A stretch of 64,000 nucleotides of DNA from Fonticula alba ATCC 38817 (Eukaryota > Protista > Nucleariida). How positions within the stretch are numbered: position 1 is the stretch's first letter; every line of letters starts with the position of its first letter. Where the stretch lies: assembly GCA_000388065.2 (NCBI GenBank), contig KB932208.1; one strand, 5' to 3'. The notes under the pieces were generated by a model. It was not told where the DNA came from. It made no database searches and saw nothing but the letters and a program-made list of their open reading frames with translations. Below are positions 22,597-35,845 of the stretch, piece after piece. The position numbers were made by a program, and so were the translations under genes.

Positions 22597-25500
22597 ATGT
22601 CTTCCCCCCCGCCATCCAAGCGGCGGGCGACCGACACCCCGGCCGCGGACTCGGTCGCCGCCGAGCTGGCCCCCCCTGTCGAGTCGGCCCCCCCTGCCGA
22701 GCCGGCGGTCGCCACCGAGCCCGCGCCCCCGGCCGACGCTCACCGGCGCATGGTCATCACCCACCTGGTGCTGGAGAACTTCAAGTCCTACGCCGGCAAG
22801 GTGACCATCGGCCCCTTCCATGCGTCCTTCACGGCGGTGGTCGGGCCCAATGGCTCGGGCAAGTCCAATGTCATCGACTCGATGCTCTTCGTCTTCGGGT
22901 ACCGGGCCAAGGCCATGCGCCAGGGAAAGCTCGGGGAGCTGATCCACCACTCGGCCGCCTTCCCGAACCTGACGTACTGCAAGGTGTCGGTGCACTTTGC
23001 CGATATCAATGTCGATGTGCGACAATGCCCCCTCCTCGGCCCTCCCACGGATGTTGCCCTCCCGTCCCCCGTTGCTCGCCCCCTCTGACGTCCTGTCGGC
23101 CCCTGCCATGCTGGCCCTGTTGCCTCCTCCTCTCCTGCCCCCGCCTCCCGGGCCAGCCGTCCCACACCCATGAGTACCTGAGCAAGACCATCCCCATCCT
23201 GCCTGGGTCGCAGGTGCGCGCGCGCGCGCGCGCGTCTTTTGCCCCCTCCCCGCTGCCGGCCCTCCTTCCCTCCTTCTCGCCCGCTTGCTCACCCGCCCGC
23301 CTGCCCTTTTGCCCGGGCGCAGTTCGTCGTGTCGCGCATTGCATACAAGAACAACACGAGCCGCTATTTCATCGACGAGCGGTCGTCCACCTACACCGAG
23401 GTGACAGAGCTGCTGCGCTTCCGCGGGATTGATCTGGACCACAAGCGCTTCCTGATTCTCCAGGGCGAGGTGGAGTCCATCTCGCAGATGAAGCCGAAGG
23501 CCCCGTCCGAGCATGAGGACGGCCTGCTGGAGTACCTGGAGGACATCATCGGCACCAGCTCCTTCAAGGGCCGGATCGAGGAGGCCGAGGTGGCTCTGGA
23601 GGCCTTGTCGGACCAGCGCGCCGAGAAGCAAAACCGCCTGCAGATCGTGGAGAAGGACCGAGATGCCCTGCTGCCCAAGTACGAGGAGGCCGTGGACTTC
23701 CTGGTCAACGAGGCGGTGCTGGTTCACCACCAGCGGGCCCTCTTTGAGGTGTATGTGCGCGAGGCGCGCGAAAGCCTGGACTCGGTGCAGGACCGCATGG
23801 TGCGTCTGGCGGCTGGCAGGCCGTCCGGGCCGGGGAGGCAGCTCTCCGCCCCCCCCCCCCCCCCCCCCCCCCCATGTCGATGGCTGACCGGGCTGTCATT
23901 TGTTCGTCTCTCCCTGCGTGGGGGGCATTTGGTCGATTGCGCCCGTGGCATGCTCGCCCCCGCCCCGGGCCTCCCCTGCGCGCCCCGTAGGACACCATCA
24001 AGCGCAAGATGAAGGCCGAGCAGGCGCGCAACCGTGAGCTCGCCCAGACGCTCAAGGCAGCCGAGGAGGCGCACGAGCGCGAAACCGCCGAGGTCGACCG
24101 TCTGACCCGGGCCATTGTCCGCCAGCGGCAGGAGTACTCGGCGCACGAGCGTGACTACATCAAGATCCAGGAGAACCTCAAGCACACGGCCGACCGGATG
24201 CGCCGAACTGAGAAGGCCCTGGAGAAGGTGCGTTCAGCCCGGCGCCAGGCCCGCCCGGCCGGTGCTCAATCCTCATGGCTGTCCATTTCCCCCTTGCGCC
24301 CTTGCGCCCTGTCCGAGCTGCCGCCCCGGCTGTGATGACGGTTTTCATGGTCACCGGGTGAGCTTTCTAACGATGGCCGTTTGCTTGTGTACGCGCATGT
24401 GCATGCGCATGCGGGTGTTTGTGTGTGTGTGTGTGTGTGTGCGCGCGCGCGCGCGTGCGCCCCATGCTCGAAGGCCCAGCGCTCGATCGGCACGCACGAG
24501 GGCTGGATCAAGACCTACACCCAGGATGTGGAGAAGATCCTCACCGAGATTGACGAGCGGCGCGAGCAGCTGAAGTCCGAGGAGCAGCAGCTGGATGTGC
24601 TCCGCGAGAGTCTGACCTGTATGTCGGCGGCAGGCCGTGTCATTTAGCGTCCCCTCCCCTTGTCCCGGCGCCTTCTGACCTGCCTCCCGGCGTCTCCTCG
24701 CCCTCTCCCGTCCCTCCCTTCCTGCCTGCGCGCGGCACCGACGCAGCCGAGACCAAGCCCCTGCAGATCGAAGTGGAGGCCAAGCAGAAGGAGCTGGCTC
24801 CCTGGCTGGAGAAGGCCAGCCGGTTGCAGAATGCCATCTCCGAGGCGGAGTCCGAGTTGCGCATGATCAGCGAGCGGAACTCCGCCTCCGAGCGCATGGT
24901 CCAGCGGCTGGAGCAGCAGCGGGCCGCCAACCGCGCGTCGCTGACCGAGGCCGCCGGCCGTCGGGAGCACCTGCTCAAGGAGTCGGAGAACCTGCGTCTG
25001 CAGCAGCAGCTGGCCGGCAAGAATGTCGAGGTGCGCGCCGGCGGCTTGGAGAGGCCCCCCCCCCCCCCCCCCGCACTCTCCGGGGGCCATGTCGGGCGGT
25101 CGGGGGGGGTGCATTGGCGGCCTGTGTTTGCTTTTTGACTGACCTCGCCGGTTTCCTCGGCCCCTCTCCCCTCCTCCTGGTCGTCCTGCCCGGGGCCACA
25201 GGCCCTCGCAGCCCAGGAGCCGGTTCTCATGCGTGCGTATCAGGACGCGCAAATGCGCCTGGACGATGCTCTGGCCTCGGTCAATCAGCAACGCAACCGC
25301 GGGAGCCTGCTCACCGGGCTGATGCAGTTTGCCAAGGAGCAAAACATGCCCGGGGTCTTTGTGCGTCGATGCCTGGCCTCCTTTTCTGCTCGCCCTGTCA
25401 CACGGCCGGGGCTCTTCCTGCTTTTCCGCGTCTTCTTCTGACCTCTTCCGCAACAGGGGCGTCTGGGCGATCTGGGCATCATTGACGCGCGTTTCGACGT

Positions 25501-27505
25501 GGCGGCCACCACGTCCTACCCTCTGGATCACATGGTGGTGGACACCGCGTACACGGCCCAGCGGTGGTGCGTCCTTCCCTTTTGGCGGCCTGTGACCGGC
25601 CGGCATCGCGCGCCGGTGCCCCCCTTCCTGACCCCGGCGCTGCTTCCCTCCTCCCTCTCCTTCTGTCTTTATCTCCCTCCCTCCGGCCTCCTGCCACAGC
25701 ATCAGCCACATGAAGGAGCGCAATCTCGGGCGCACGACCTTCATCGTGCTGGACTCGATCGGCGCCCCGCGGCCGAAGCCGCCCACCCCGGAGAACGCCG
25801 ACCGTCTGTTCGACTTGATTCAGGTTCAGAACCCCCTTTTCCTGAAGGGTACGTCCCCTGCTCCCTCCGCTTGGCATGGTCTTCGTTCCGCCTCGTCCCT
25901 CGCCCCCCTTGCCTCTCCTCCCTCTGTCCTCTCTCCGATGACTCATTTCCCATCCCCATCCTGTCTCCCTCTCTCTCTCTCCCTGCCGGACAGCCTTCTA
26001 CTTTGCGTATGGCGACACGCTGGTGGCCAACGACATGCAGCACGCCTCGCGGCTGGCATATGGGGCTCGGCGCTTCCGGGTGGTGACGCTCGGCGGCGAA
26101 GTGATCGACACCTCGGGCATCATGTCCGGCGGCGGGAATGTCGTCATGCGGGGCGGCATCGCGTCGTCCTTCGGCTCGCGGCCGGCCGGAGCCGGGCCAT
26201 CGGCCAATTTCCTGACGCCGGCCGAGATCGACAGCCTCCGGCAGAAGGCCAACCAAGCGCGCGAGGAGCACGCCCAGTGCAGCCGAGATCTGGCCGCGGC
26301 TCGTGCGCGCCTGGACCAGGTGCGCAGGGGTTTCCGTCCCCTTCTCCCCCTCCCTCTCTCTCTCTCTCTCTCCATCCTCCTCGTTGGAATTGGCGAGTGC
26401 CTCTCCCCTCGTGCCCTTTTTGTCGCCTGGCCTTTGCTAACCGGATTCTCTTGCATCATGGCAGATTGTCCGGTCGCTTGATGAGAGTTCCCTCAGCCTG
26501 CCCAAGGTGGAGATGGAGATCAACAGCCTGGAGTCTGTCGGCCAGTCGCTTGATCAGCAAGTCCAGGAGGCCCAGCGGGCCGCCGCGCCGGTGGTGGACC
26601 ACGCGCAGCAAGTCCGTGTCGAGGAGCTCCGCCGGCTGGTGGACACCGAGCGCACGGAGCTGAAGGCCACCCGGGCGTCAGCGGCCAGCATCGAGCAGGC
26701 GATCAAGGCCCTGCAGGATCGGATCCTGGAGGTGGGTGGCATCAAGATTCGCCACCAGCAGGCGCAGGTGGAGTTGATCTCCACCATGATCACCAATGCC
26801 AATGATCGGCTGAATGCCGCGCGCGTGAAGCTGGCCCAGGAGGAAAATGTGCGCTGCCCTGTGGCCCTGCCGCGTCTGTGGTGTTCCTGCTGTTGCCCCC
26901 TTTCCTGGCATTTGCTGTCGGCTCCTCTGCCACGACAGGCATGTCTAACATGTTGTCCGACCTGCTGACCCTGCTGCTGCTGCTGCTGCTGCTCGCCTGT
27001 GGCGGTGGCGCTGACGGCCCGCCACGGCCGGTCGTGTGTAGTCCCTGAGGAAGGCCGCCAGCTCGGTGGACGAGCTGCAGCGCGAGCTCGGGGACCTGAC
27101 CTCCCAGCATTCGGCGCTCGAAACCAATGGCGCAGACAAGAATCGCGCCGGGGCCGAGCTCAAGAAGGCCATTGCCGAGTCGCAGGAGGTTCGTGCCGCC
27201 CCCGTGCTTCATCGCCTGGCTGGCCCCCCTCTGCCCTGCCTTGCCCTGCCCGGGACAGCCTCGCATATCACTGACCTTCCCCTCTGTTTCTGTCTCTGTC
27301 TCTCTCTGTCTGTCTCTGTCTCTGTCTGTCTCTGTCTCTGTCTGTCTCTGTCTCTGTCTGTCTGTCTCTCTCTGTCTGTCTCTGTCTGTCTCTGTCTCTG
27401 TCTGTCTGTCTCTCTCTGTCTGTCTCTGTCTGTCTCTGTCTCTGTCTGTCTCTGTCTCTCTCTGTCTCTGTCTCTGTCTCTGTCTCTCTCTGTCTGTCTC
27501 TTGCT

Positions 27506-27537
<32 letters not shown>

Positions 27538-29420
27538 CCCTGTCTCTCCCCCTGTCTCTCCCCCTGTCTCTCCCCCTCCCCCTCTCTTCTCCCCCCTCCC
27601 CCTCTCTTCTCCCGCCCTCCCCCTCTCTTCTCCCGCCCCCCCCCATCCCTCTTCGCCCGCCCTCCCCCCACGCACAGATTCGCCCCTCCCCCCTCTCTCT
27701 TCTCCCGCCCTCCCCCCTCTCTCTTCTCCCGTACCTGCTTGTGGCCACGACGGCGTAGAATCTCGACGCCAAGCGTGACACGCTGACCGAGTTGCTGGCC
27801 AGCCTGGAGGATTCCAAGAAGAAGATGCTCCAGTGCCGGTCGGTGGAAGTGGAGCTGCAGCAGCAATTGGAGGACGCGTCTCGTGCGGTGGAGGAGGCCC
27901 GGCGAAAGGTGGCCTCGTGGGTGGCCAAGCGCGACGCGGCGCAGATCCCGGACCTGGCCGGACTCGGGGAGGCGGCGGTCCAGCGTAAGCAGGAGCGCTG
28001 CGCGCACCTGCCGGATGCGGCGGCTCTGGTGGCCTTCGCGGCCGGCATCGACCCCGAGGTCACGGTGTCCGGTCGGTCGGTGGTGGCCACCGGCGGCGAT
28101 GGCGACGTCGATATGGCGGACGCCGAGGCGCTCCCGGAGCCTGGGGCCGGGGCGGCGCGCGATGGCACCCCGGATGACGACGCCATGGTGGTGGACGAGG
28201 CGCAGGGCGGTGCCCGGCCTGCCGCCGGGGCCGACCCCGTGGTGCCGCTGCTGGCCGACGCCGATCGCATTGCCCGCATCAAGCAGGCGGTCCAGTCGCT
28301 GCAGAGCCGTTTGGAAAATGCCCGGCCCAACCTCGGCATCATCGAGCAATATCAGCAGACCGCGGCCGAGTTGGAATTCCGATCCGGGGAATTCGAGCAG
28401 GCAGACCGGTCCCGACGCGACGCCAAGCAGGAGTATGACAGCCTGCGGGCCCGGCGCCTGGAGCTCTTCACCGAGGGGTTCGGCATCATCAGCCGGCACC
28501 TGAAGGAGATGTACCAGATGATCACCCTCGGTGGGAATGCCGAGTTGGAGCTGGTCGACAGCATGGACCCCTTCTCGGAGGGCATCATCTTCTCGGTGAT
28601 GCCGCCGAAGAAGTCCTGGAAGAACATCGCCAACCTGTCGGGCGGCGAGAAGGTGCGTGGGATTGCTGGTGGCTGGCGCTGTTTCTCTTCGCCCCGCGCG
28701 CGCGCGCCCCCCCCCTAGCCCTGGCGGCTGCTGACATATCCCCCCTCTGTTCCCCATTCGTGTGATGGGTCCCTTTTGCCCCTCTTCTTTCGGGCCCCTC
28801 CCTGTCTCCATCTCGCCCGGGGGCCCCGCGCGGCAACACAGACACTCAGTTCGCTGGCGCTCATTTTCGCCCTGCACCTGTTCAAGCCGACGCCGCTCTT
28901 CATTCTGGACGAGATTGACGCGGCGCTCGATTTCCGCAACGTCTCCATCGTCGGGTCGTACATCAAGGAGCGCACGCAGAATGCCCAATTCATCGTGATC
29001 TCCCTGCGGAACAACCTCTTCGAGCTGGCCGATCGCCTGGTCGGCGTGTTTAAGACCAACTCCACCTCCAAGAGCGTCTCCATCAACCCGCGGCTGATCG
29101 AGGCGCGCGCGCGACTGCATATCCTCAAGGCGCCGCCGGCCACGGCCGAGGGCGCCGGCGGGGCGGCCATTGGCGGCCGGCGGTCGCGCGCCGACTCGGA
29201 GGATGCCCACCCGCCCGAGGGTGGCCAGGCCTCGGCCGGCAGCCTCGCCGGGGCGATGGAGGCGGCCGGCGCGCCAGCCACTCCGGTCCCGGTGTCGCTG
29301 ACGTCTCGGCGGTCGCTCCTGGCCGCGACGCCGGACACCGCCGCACAGGAGCCCGAGGAGGAGCCGACCCCCTCGGCGCCGGGGCCGGACGACCGCGCCG
29401 CCTCGTCGATGTTGGCCTGA
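22597..29420 (+). CDS. SMC4: Condensin subunit SMC4 (~1455 aa, 14 exons)
   Basis: Exons 22597-23016, 23157-23213, 23323-23799, 23991-24227, 24474-24618, 24747-25030, 25202-25360, 25457-25566, 25700-25848, 25994-26319, 26465-26848, 27042-27188, 27759-28652, 28842-29420. LENFKSYAG, Walker [22 protein letters not shown], hinge GRLGDLG and SGIMSGGG, signature LSGGEKTLSSLAL, Walker [11 protein letters not shown]. Confidence 0.97.
27283..27540. repeat. Compound (TC)n/(TCTG)n microsatellite in SMC4 intron 12
   Basis: About 250 bp of pure T/C/G dinucleotide and tetranucleotide repeats. Confidence 0.92.
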
Positions 29421-30528
29421 GCATGTTGCGTGTGGTCGCACTCTTTCCCCCCCCCCCCCGCCCTCTCTCTCTCTCCCTCGCCCCCCTGCGATTGTCGGCC
29501 GTGCGCCGTTGTGCCGGGAATCCCGGTGTTTGTGTGTGCCGGCAGGCCTGTCGTCCTCTCTTTGTCCTTGTCGAAAAATAATACCACTTGTGTCCTTGTT
29601 CTCGGTCCTCCCCCGCCCCGCCCGCCTCTCTCTTCCTCTTTCTCCTACTTCCTCGCCCACGGACCGTTCTCTCGCCCGTCGGCGTGTGAGGCAATACACG
29701 GCCAGAGGCTGGAGGGAGGCAAAACGGCCGGCAGTCCCCCCCCCCCCCCCCGGCATGCAGGAAGGACCCCTCTCCCCGCCTTATACCGCAGGCCATTATC
29801 GAGTGATAGACATGCCCGCCCCCTCTCTCTCGGTCGGTGTGCGAGAGGCCGTGGGGGCGCGCAAGGAAAAATGCCCTCCGGACAGTGGCCCCGGCGGGAA
29901 GACGGCCGGCCTGCACGGACAGCCAGGCACCGTGCCACCCCCCTTTTCCTTTTCGCCGGTTCCTCTGTCCACGGGCGGGTCTCTCCCTTGGCCGGGCGGC
30001 GGCCGGCACAAGCGCCAGGCACACACACACACACACGCGCGCGCACACACGAGCCCCAGCCGTGGCATGCCGCGGTATCGTGTTTTTCCCCGCCCCTAGA
30101 TGGCCGGTCGATCGGCAGAGGAGGGGCAATGCCAACGAAAACGACATGTGACACGGGGCGATTAGCCCACAACCGCGGTGGTTATCGCGCCTCCCGGCCG
30201 GCCCCCCGGGGCCAACAGGGTAGCCCAGGGGGCGGGCGATAGCCCCCCGGGAGATTCGGTGGCAGTCGGCCAGTTATACATTGGCAGTCGTCCTCGCGGG
30301 TGATTGTGGGCCGCCGGCGGGCCTGCCGCGATCTTGCCTGGACCTCTCTCTCACGGCCTGAATGCGCGCGCGCGCCCCCCCGGGCCGCCGGTGGCCTGTG
30401 CGGATGGGGCCCGGCCGGCCGGCCTCCGAGCCCCGCCCCCTCGGCACCGTGAGTGGCCACGCGCTTGCGATCCGCACAGCACCAAGCGCCTCGCTCCTCG
30501 GCATGGTGTCTCTGAGCCAGCGCGCCTG

Positions 30529-30530
<2 letters not shown>

Positions 30531-30620
<90 letters not shown>
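30531..30620. repeat. (TG)45 microsatellite
   Basis: Perfect TG repeat, 90 bp. Confidence 0.97.
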
Positions 30621-30624
<4 letters not shown>

Positions 30625-30863
30625 TAGGTCTCTCACGGCACGGCTGCGCCGGGGCCATCGCTCCACCCACGACCCCGCGCAGCATCATACGGTCGGCGGC
30701 AAGGCGAGTGGGCGGCCCCCCTTGGGGTGGCGGGCCCCCCCTCCCCGGCCGGACCTCTGTCCCCGGGGGTGATGCGCTGGGTTGGCCCCGTTCGGGCCAC
30801 CGTGCCCGGCCGGGGGGCGAGGGGCATCGCACCCGACGCCGGAATCAAGCAGGTGCAGGCGGC

Positions 30864-30870
30864 TATTTAA
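30864..30870 (+). promoter_or_regulatory. Candidate TATA box (TATTTAA) of the METTL24-like gene
   Basis: Isolated AT-rich heptamer in very GC-rich DNA, upstream of a candidate 5'UTR intron (31112-31386) and the ATG at 31396. Confidence 0.4.
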
Positions 30871-31233
30871 GCCAGGCGCCCCGGGCGAGTCCTCCAGGAG
30901 CACCGAGCAAACAGGCAACCCCCCACCCCCCACCACTGCCACCCACCCGCCTCCCCTCCCCGTAGCCGGTCCTTTGCCCCGGTGAACGCGAGCGCACCGT
31001 CCGCCCCTCCCGCCCTCGGCCTTCGCGCGACCCCCAACCCACCCGCCCACTTCGCCTTTTTGCCTGTCTGCTCGAAGCGGGCCTCGTTGCCCCTCCACCG
31101 ACCCCTGCCAGGTTAGTAGCCACCCGCCATCCGCACGCCGCGCATGGCCCCCCTCGCGCCCACTCGCCATCCGTATAGTCCCCTGCCGGCATGCCGATGG
31201 GCGTCTGTGCACACACGCCCACACGCCCACATG

Positions 31234-31268
<35 letters not shown>

Positions 31269-31395
31269 CCTCGCCTCTGGCAGTGCGCCGGCGCGCGCAC
31301 CCCACAACGTAGACACTGACAGCATGCCTCGCCGCCCGGCCCTCGGTCCTACCTCCCCCACCCCCCCCCCCCCGCCCCCTCCGCAGCTCGCGAAG

Positions 31396-33234
31396 ATGTA
31401 TGCCTCTTCCGACTATGAGCTCGGGCCGCTGATTTCGTCACCCCGCGTGGCGAAGGCCGCCAAGCCGCCCACCATCTGGACCAAGCTGCGGATGCTGGCC
31501 CGGCGGTACAATGTCATCCTCATCCTGACCGGGCTGCTGCTGGTGTGGACGGTGGTTTTCATTGTGCGCATGATCCCGCACGCCACCGAGCGCATGAACA
31601 ATGCCTCGCTGGCGTGCAACTACCTGTCCGAGGCGCGGGCCTCGCTGGCCACCCGGGTCAACCACGCGGCCAAGAAGCTCGGCACGGCCAAGATCAAGAC
31701 CTACGGCCGCGAGGGCACCAGCGAGTCGCTGCGCAAGATGCGCCCGATCCCGGTGCACGCCGAGGAGCGCAACTTCAATCCCCTGCTGGCCATCGACGCG
31801 CACCTGGTCAAGTGCGCCATCCGCTATGACATTGCCATCGAGGATGTCGACACCAATTCCAGCCGCCACACGCACAAGTACAAGCTGAAGCCCAAGCCCG
31901 AGGCCGGCCAGGACCAAGCCCCGGCGGCCGATGCCGGCAGCAAGCAGCGCCGCGACGTGCCCGGCGAGGAGGCCGGCGCCGGCGCGGCCGCCGCCACCGC
32001 CCCCGAAGCCCCGGCCCGGCCGGACCGCTACATCCTGGAGGAGAAGGCCGACCAAAATAAGCTGGTCCTGTCGGAGATCCGCCCGGACGACCATGACCAC
32101 CATGGCCACAGCCACGGCCCCGGCGGCAAGCAGCGCAAGCTCCTGTCCAAGAGCAACATCAACTCCACCAACAAGGGCCACCCGCGCCTGGTCCTGTGCA
32201 ACCCGAAGTTCTTCATCCGCAAGCCCTGCGTGGCGTACAGCTTCCGGTCCGGGTCCATCCCCAACACGGTGGAGCGGGCCTTCGGCGGGGACCTCCTCGG
32301 GTGCGTGGTGCACTACTTCGACCCGCTGATGTCCCCCTTCAGCGTCAGTGTCGTGGACATCCCGGACGACGTGCAGTCGCACCAGATTGGCATCGGCCCG
32401 TCGCGGTCCTTCCGGTCGCCCTTCTCCGAGACCGGCAACGGCCACCGCTCGCCGCTGAAGACCCTCGGCAACATCGCCTCCGGCCTGGGGCACACCCCCA
32501 ACGGCGTGGACATCGTGGCCATCGACATTGCCGGGGACGAGCGCACCGTCATCCCGCACATGCTGCGTGACATCCGCGTGCACCGCCTGCGCATCAAGAT
32601 GGTGCGCCCCCGCAGACAAACACACACCCGCATCCCCTTCGCTCGCTCGCCCTGCCCCCCCCCGTGCCGACGCGCGCTCCCTCCAGTCCGTCCTCTCCGC
32701 TCTCCCCGGGCGGCCATCTCCCCGGCGCCCTACCGCCTGTCCCTCGCTGACCCCCGCTCCCTGTGCCCGGCCGTGTGCATGTCCACTGTGCCATGTGTGA
32801 CGCGTTCGCCGTGTGTGTGTGTGTGTGTGGGGTCGCCGCGGCATTCCGCCCGCCGCCCTGCCGCTCTGCCGCTCCGCCGCCCTGCCGCTCCACCGCCCTG
32901 CCGCCCTGCCACCCTGCCGGCTGCGCTCCGCGCCCNNNNNNNNNNNNNNNNNNNNNNNNNNNNNNNNNNNNNNNNNNNNNNNNNNNNNNNNNNNNNNNNN
33001 NNNNNNNNNNCCCGTCCGCCGGCCGGACGCTCCCCAACGCCCCAGCTCCTCATCACCTTCCACGATGAGTTGATGGCCGATGGCTCGAAGGTGGAGATGC
33101 CCGATGGGCAGGCCCTGCTGCACGACCTGCTGGCCGCCGGCTTCATCCCGTACAACCGCCACCGCTCGGACTCGCACAACCAGACCAACTGGGCCTTCAT
33201 TAGCGAGGACGCCCTGACCGGCATGATCGGCTGA
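31396..33234 (+). CDS. Type II membrane METTL24-like (Methyltransf_22/FkbM-related) methyltransferase-fold protein (~464 aa)
   Basis: Exons 31396-32601, 33046-33234. Signal-anchor VILILTGLLLVWTVVFIV. Motifs CVAYSF, GCVVHYFDP, TLGNIASGLGH, VDIVAIDIAGDE and QLLITFH follow the order of METTL24-type CxxYSxG / GCEVHxFDP / LGxIxxxxGH / IDVLKxDxE / QLxxEIH. Confidence 0.7.
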   Translation: MYASSDYELGPLISSPRVAKAAKPPTIWTKLRMLARRYNVILILTGLLLVWTVVFIVRMIPHATERMNNASLACNYLSEARASLATRVNHAAKKLGTAKIKTYGREGTSESLRKMRPIPVHAEERNFNPLLAIDAHLVKCAIRYDIAIEDVDTNSSRHTHKYKLKPKPEAGQDQAPAADAGSKQRRDVPGEEAGAGAAAATAPEAPARPDRYILEEKADQNKLVLSEIRPDDHDHHGHSHGPGGKQRKLLSKSNINSTNKGHPRLVLCNPKFFIRKPCVAYSFRSGSIPNTVERAFGGDLLGCVVHYFDPLMSPFSVSVVDIPDDVQSHQIGIGPSRSFRSPFSETGNGHRSPLKTLGNIASGLGHTPNGVDIVAIDIAGDERTVIPHMLRDIRVHRLRIKMVRPRRQTHTRIPFARSPCPPPCRRALPPVRPLRSPRAAISPAPYRLSLADPRSLCPAVCMSTVPCVTRSPCVCVCVGSPRHSARRPAALPLRRPAAPPPCRPATLPAALRAXXXXXXXXXXXXXXXXXXXXXXXXXXRPPAGRSPTPQLLITFHDELMADGSKVEMPDGQALLHDLLAAGFIPYNRHRSDSHNQTNWAFISEDALTGMIG

Positions 33235-34245
33235 GCAGCAGAGGGGGTGTCCTCGGCACTCGGACGTGTGCTGCCCCGAGGAGGGCCGAAGGCCCGGCGC
33301 GCCCCGGCTACCGTGGTGCGAGGCCAGGCGCCTCGGGTTCTTTCCCTGCCGCGCGCCTGCCCCTGCTCTCGCATGACAAGCGGTGGCCTGCCCTCCCGCG
33401 TGCACGGGCCCTCTCCTCGGGTGTGTGGATGTGTGTGTGGATGTGTGTCTGCACGTCGTCGCGTGTGTGTATGTGTGTGTGTGTGTGGCTTCTTCGGCCT
33501 CGGCGCATGGTGGCGGGACCACTGTCCTGCCCCTCTCATATGCGCGCCTGTGCTCCCTCCCCCCGTAGCATGGGCCCGCCGAGATGGGTACAGCCCCGCT
33601 GTGTGCTCCCAGAAGACCACACCGTGCGTGTGCCTGCCGGGCGCGGGCGCGGGCGCCTTCGGGCGCGCACACATGCATGTGTCCATGCGCCCCCGCCCCC
33701 GCTGCCGCCCCCTGCGCCAAAGAGGGGGCACCCCAACCGTGGCGCCCCCGTGTGGCCGGGCCGCACCCCATGTCCGCCGAGAGGTCGCGTACAGACCCCG
33801 GCGGGAACAGGGGCACCCTTGCGCTGGACGCGGCAGAGCCTTCGAGGGCGGCGTCGGATGGGACGCATCCACATCCAAAGCAGCGCCCCCCCTCAGCTCC
33901 CCCCCCCCCTCCTACGCCTCCTCCTCCTCCTCCTCCCCCCCTTTCACCTTCCCTTCCTCTAAAATACACCCAACCAGACCTTGGAAAAGAAAAGAAGAAG
34001 ATTTCGTCGGCTGTTCATCGTGGTGGGGTGCCGCGCACGGGGGGGGGGGTGCCTCGAGCGTGGCAGAGGTCGGCAGCCGGGAGGCAGTGGCGGGGGGAGG
34101 GCGCCCGCCGCATCTGCTGCTGGCATCGTTTCCGTCGGGGCGCGGGGCGCCTGTGCGCCTTCTCACGGGTCCCTCCCCAGCGAAAGGCACCTGTGGCCGG
34201 GTGTCTGTGGAGCTTTTGTGCCACACGCCCCGGCCGCCAGCCGCC

Positions 34246-34282
<37 letters not shown>

Positions 34283-34302
34283 GAGAGAGAGANNNNNNNN
34301 NN

Positions 34303-34337
<35 letters not shown>

Positions 34338-34785
34338 AGAGAGAGAGAGAGACAGGCAGAGAGAGAGAGGGGCCCGGCCAGCGGTGCGCGGGGCCAAGGA
34401 TGGCGGCCCGGCGCCACGCCCCAGGCCGGCCGGAGATGCGCGATCGGGACCCGGGCGATCGGGCAGGGCCCGGGTCAAATGCCAACCCACAATGTCGACG
34501 GGTGCCGTCCGTGAGCCCCGGAGAGCATCCACCGCCCGGGGCCAAGCACACAATCACGGCCGGACAAACGGGGAGGTATACTTCCAGTGCCTGGCCGTCG
34601 TTGGACCCGGGTGGCGGCCCGGCATCCCGGCCCTCCTCCCTCCCCCGCTTCGCCCCGCCACTGGCCTCCGGTCTCTTCATCCCCACTTCTCTCTTTCCCT
34701 CCCCCTGCTTCCCCTCTCGCCGCCCTCTTTCCTCCGTCGCGTGCTGTGGTGCCACCTTGGACCGCTCGCGGCCTGCTGCCTTCCG

Positions 34786-35707
34786 ATGTTCCCTGGGAGG
34801 CGCCATCCCTCCGCGGGGGGGGCTCCGTCGCCTTCGGCGGCCTGGTCGCCCCGAGTGCGCCTTTCACGCCTGGCGACCGGGCCCGCCAGCCTGGTGGCCA
34901 TCTTCGCCCTGGTGCTGCTGAGTGGTGCGCCGCTGAAAAGGCGAGGTCTCCTCCTTTCCTCGTCTCCCCTCCCGCTCCTCCTCCCCTCCTCCCTCCCTCT
35001 CTCTCTCCCTCTCTCTCTCTCTCCCCCATCCCTTGTTCCCTCGCATGGGCATGCGCAGATACCCCGTCCGCCTTTCCCCGCCGCCCGGTGCCGAGGCACG
35101 TCCACTCACCCGCGAAAGGGGCCATTATTGCGCCCCGCCGCACATCGCGCCACAGGCGCCCTCTTCTTTCGATGCTCTTTCACCAGCACCGGCTCGGTGA
35201 CATCGCAGGTGCCGGCCTCCCCCTCCGAGGAGGCGGGCTTGCCAGTCATCGATGTGGTGTACACCTGGGTGAATGGCAGCGACCCGGCGCATCGGCAATC
35301 CCTTCGGGAAACACGCGCCCTCCTGCTGGGAGCCACCGAACAGGGTGCGACATTGACCACTACCCGCCGCCGCCGCCACCGCTCCCTCCCCTCCCTCCTC
35401 TGCCTGTCCCTTGCATTTCGCTTGTCAGCCCCTTCTCACTCGAAATGCATGGGCATGTGTCCTCCTCTTGTGTAGAGGAGCAAAAGGAGGACGGGAACCG
35501 CTTCACCGACCACGAGGAGCTGCGCTTCTCCCTGCGCTCGATCGAGCGCTTTGCGCCCTGGGTACGCACGGTGCGTTTGGTGACCAACGGCCAGGTCCCT
35601 CACTGGCTCGACACCACAAATCCCCGGCTGCGAGTGGTCACGCACGAGGAGATCTTCCGCAGCCCGGAGCACCTGCCGACATTCAGGTGCGCGATGATGT
35701 CCCGCCT

Positions 35708-35745
<38 letters not shown>

Positions 35746-35814
35746 GATCCACCGGCGCCCGGGATCCCTCGACCTGCGGATTAACATTCCTTGCGGCCAT
35801 GGCCATGGGCCTCC

Positions 35815-35845
<31 letters not shown>

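Noticed and set aside
26790-29756. 988-aa minus-strand ORF
   Set aside because: Antisense shadow of SMC4 exons plus translated microsatellite (RQRQ/ERER); no motifs. High GC suppresses stop codons.
31438-33969. 843-aa minus-strand ORF, and similar long antisense ORFs (22492-23730, 40207-42006, 56500-58032)
   Set aside because: Shadows of confirmed genes on the opposite strand.
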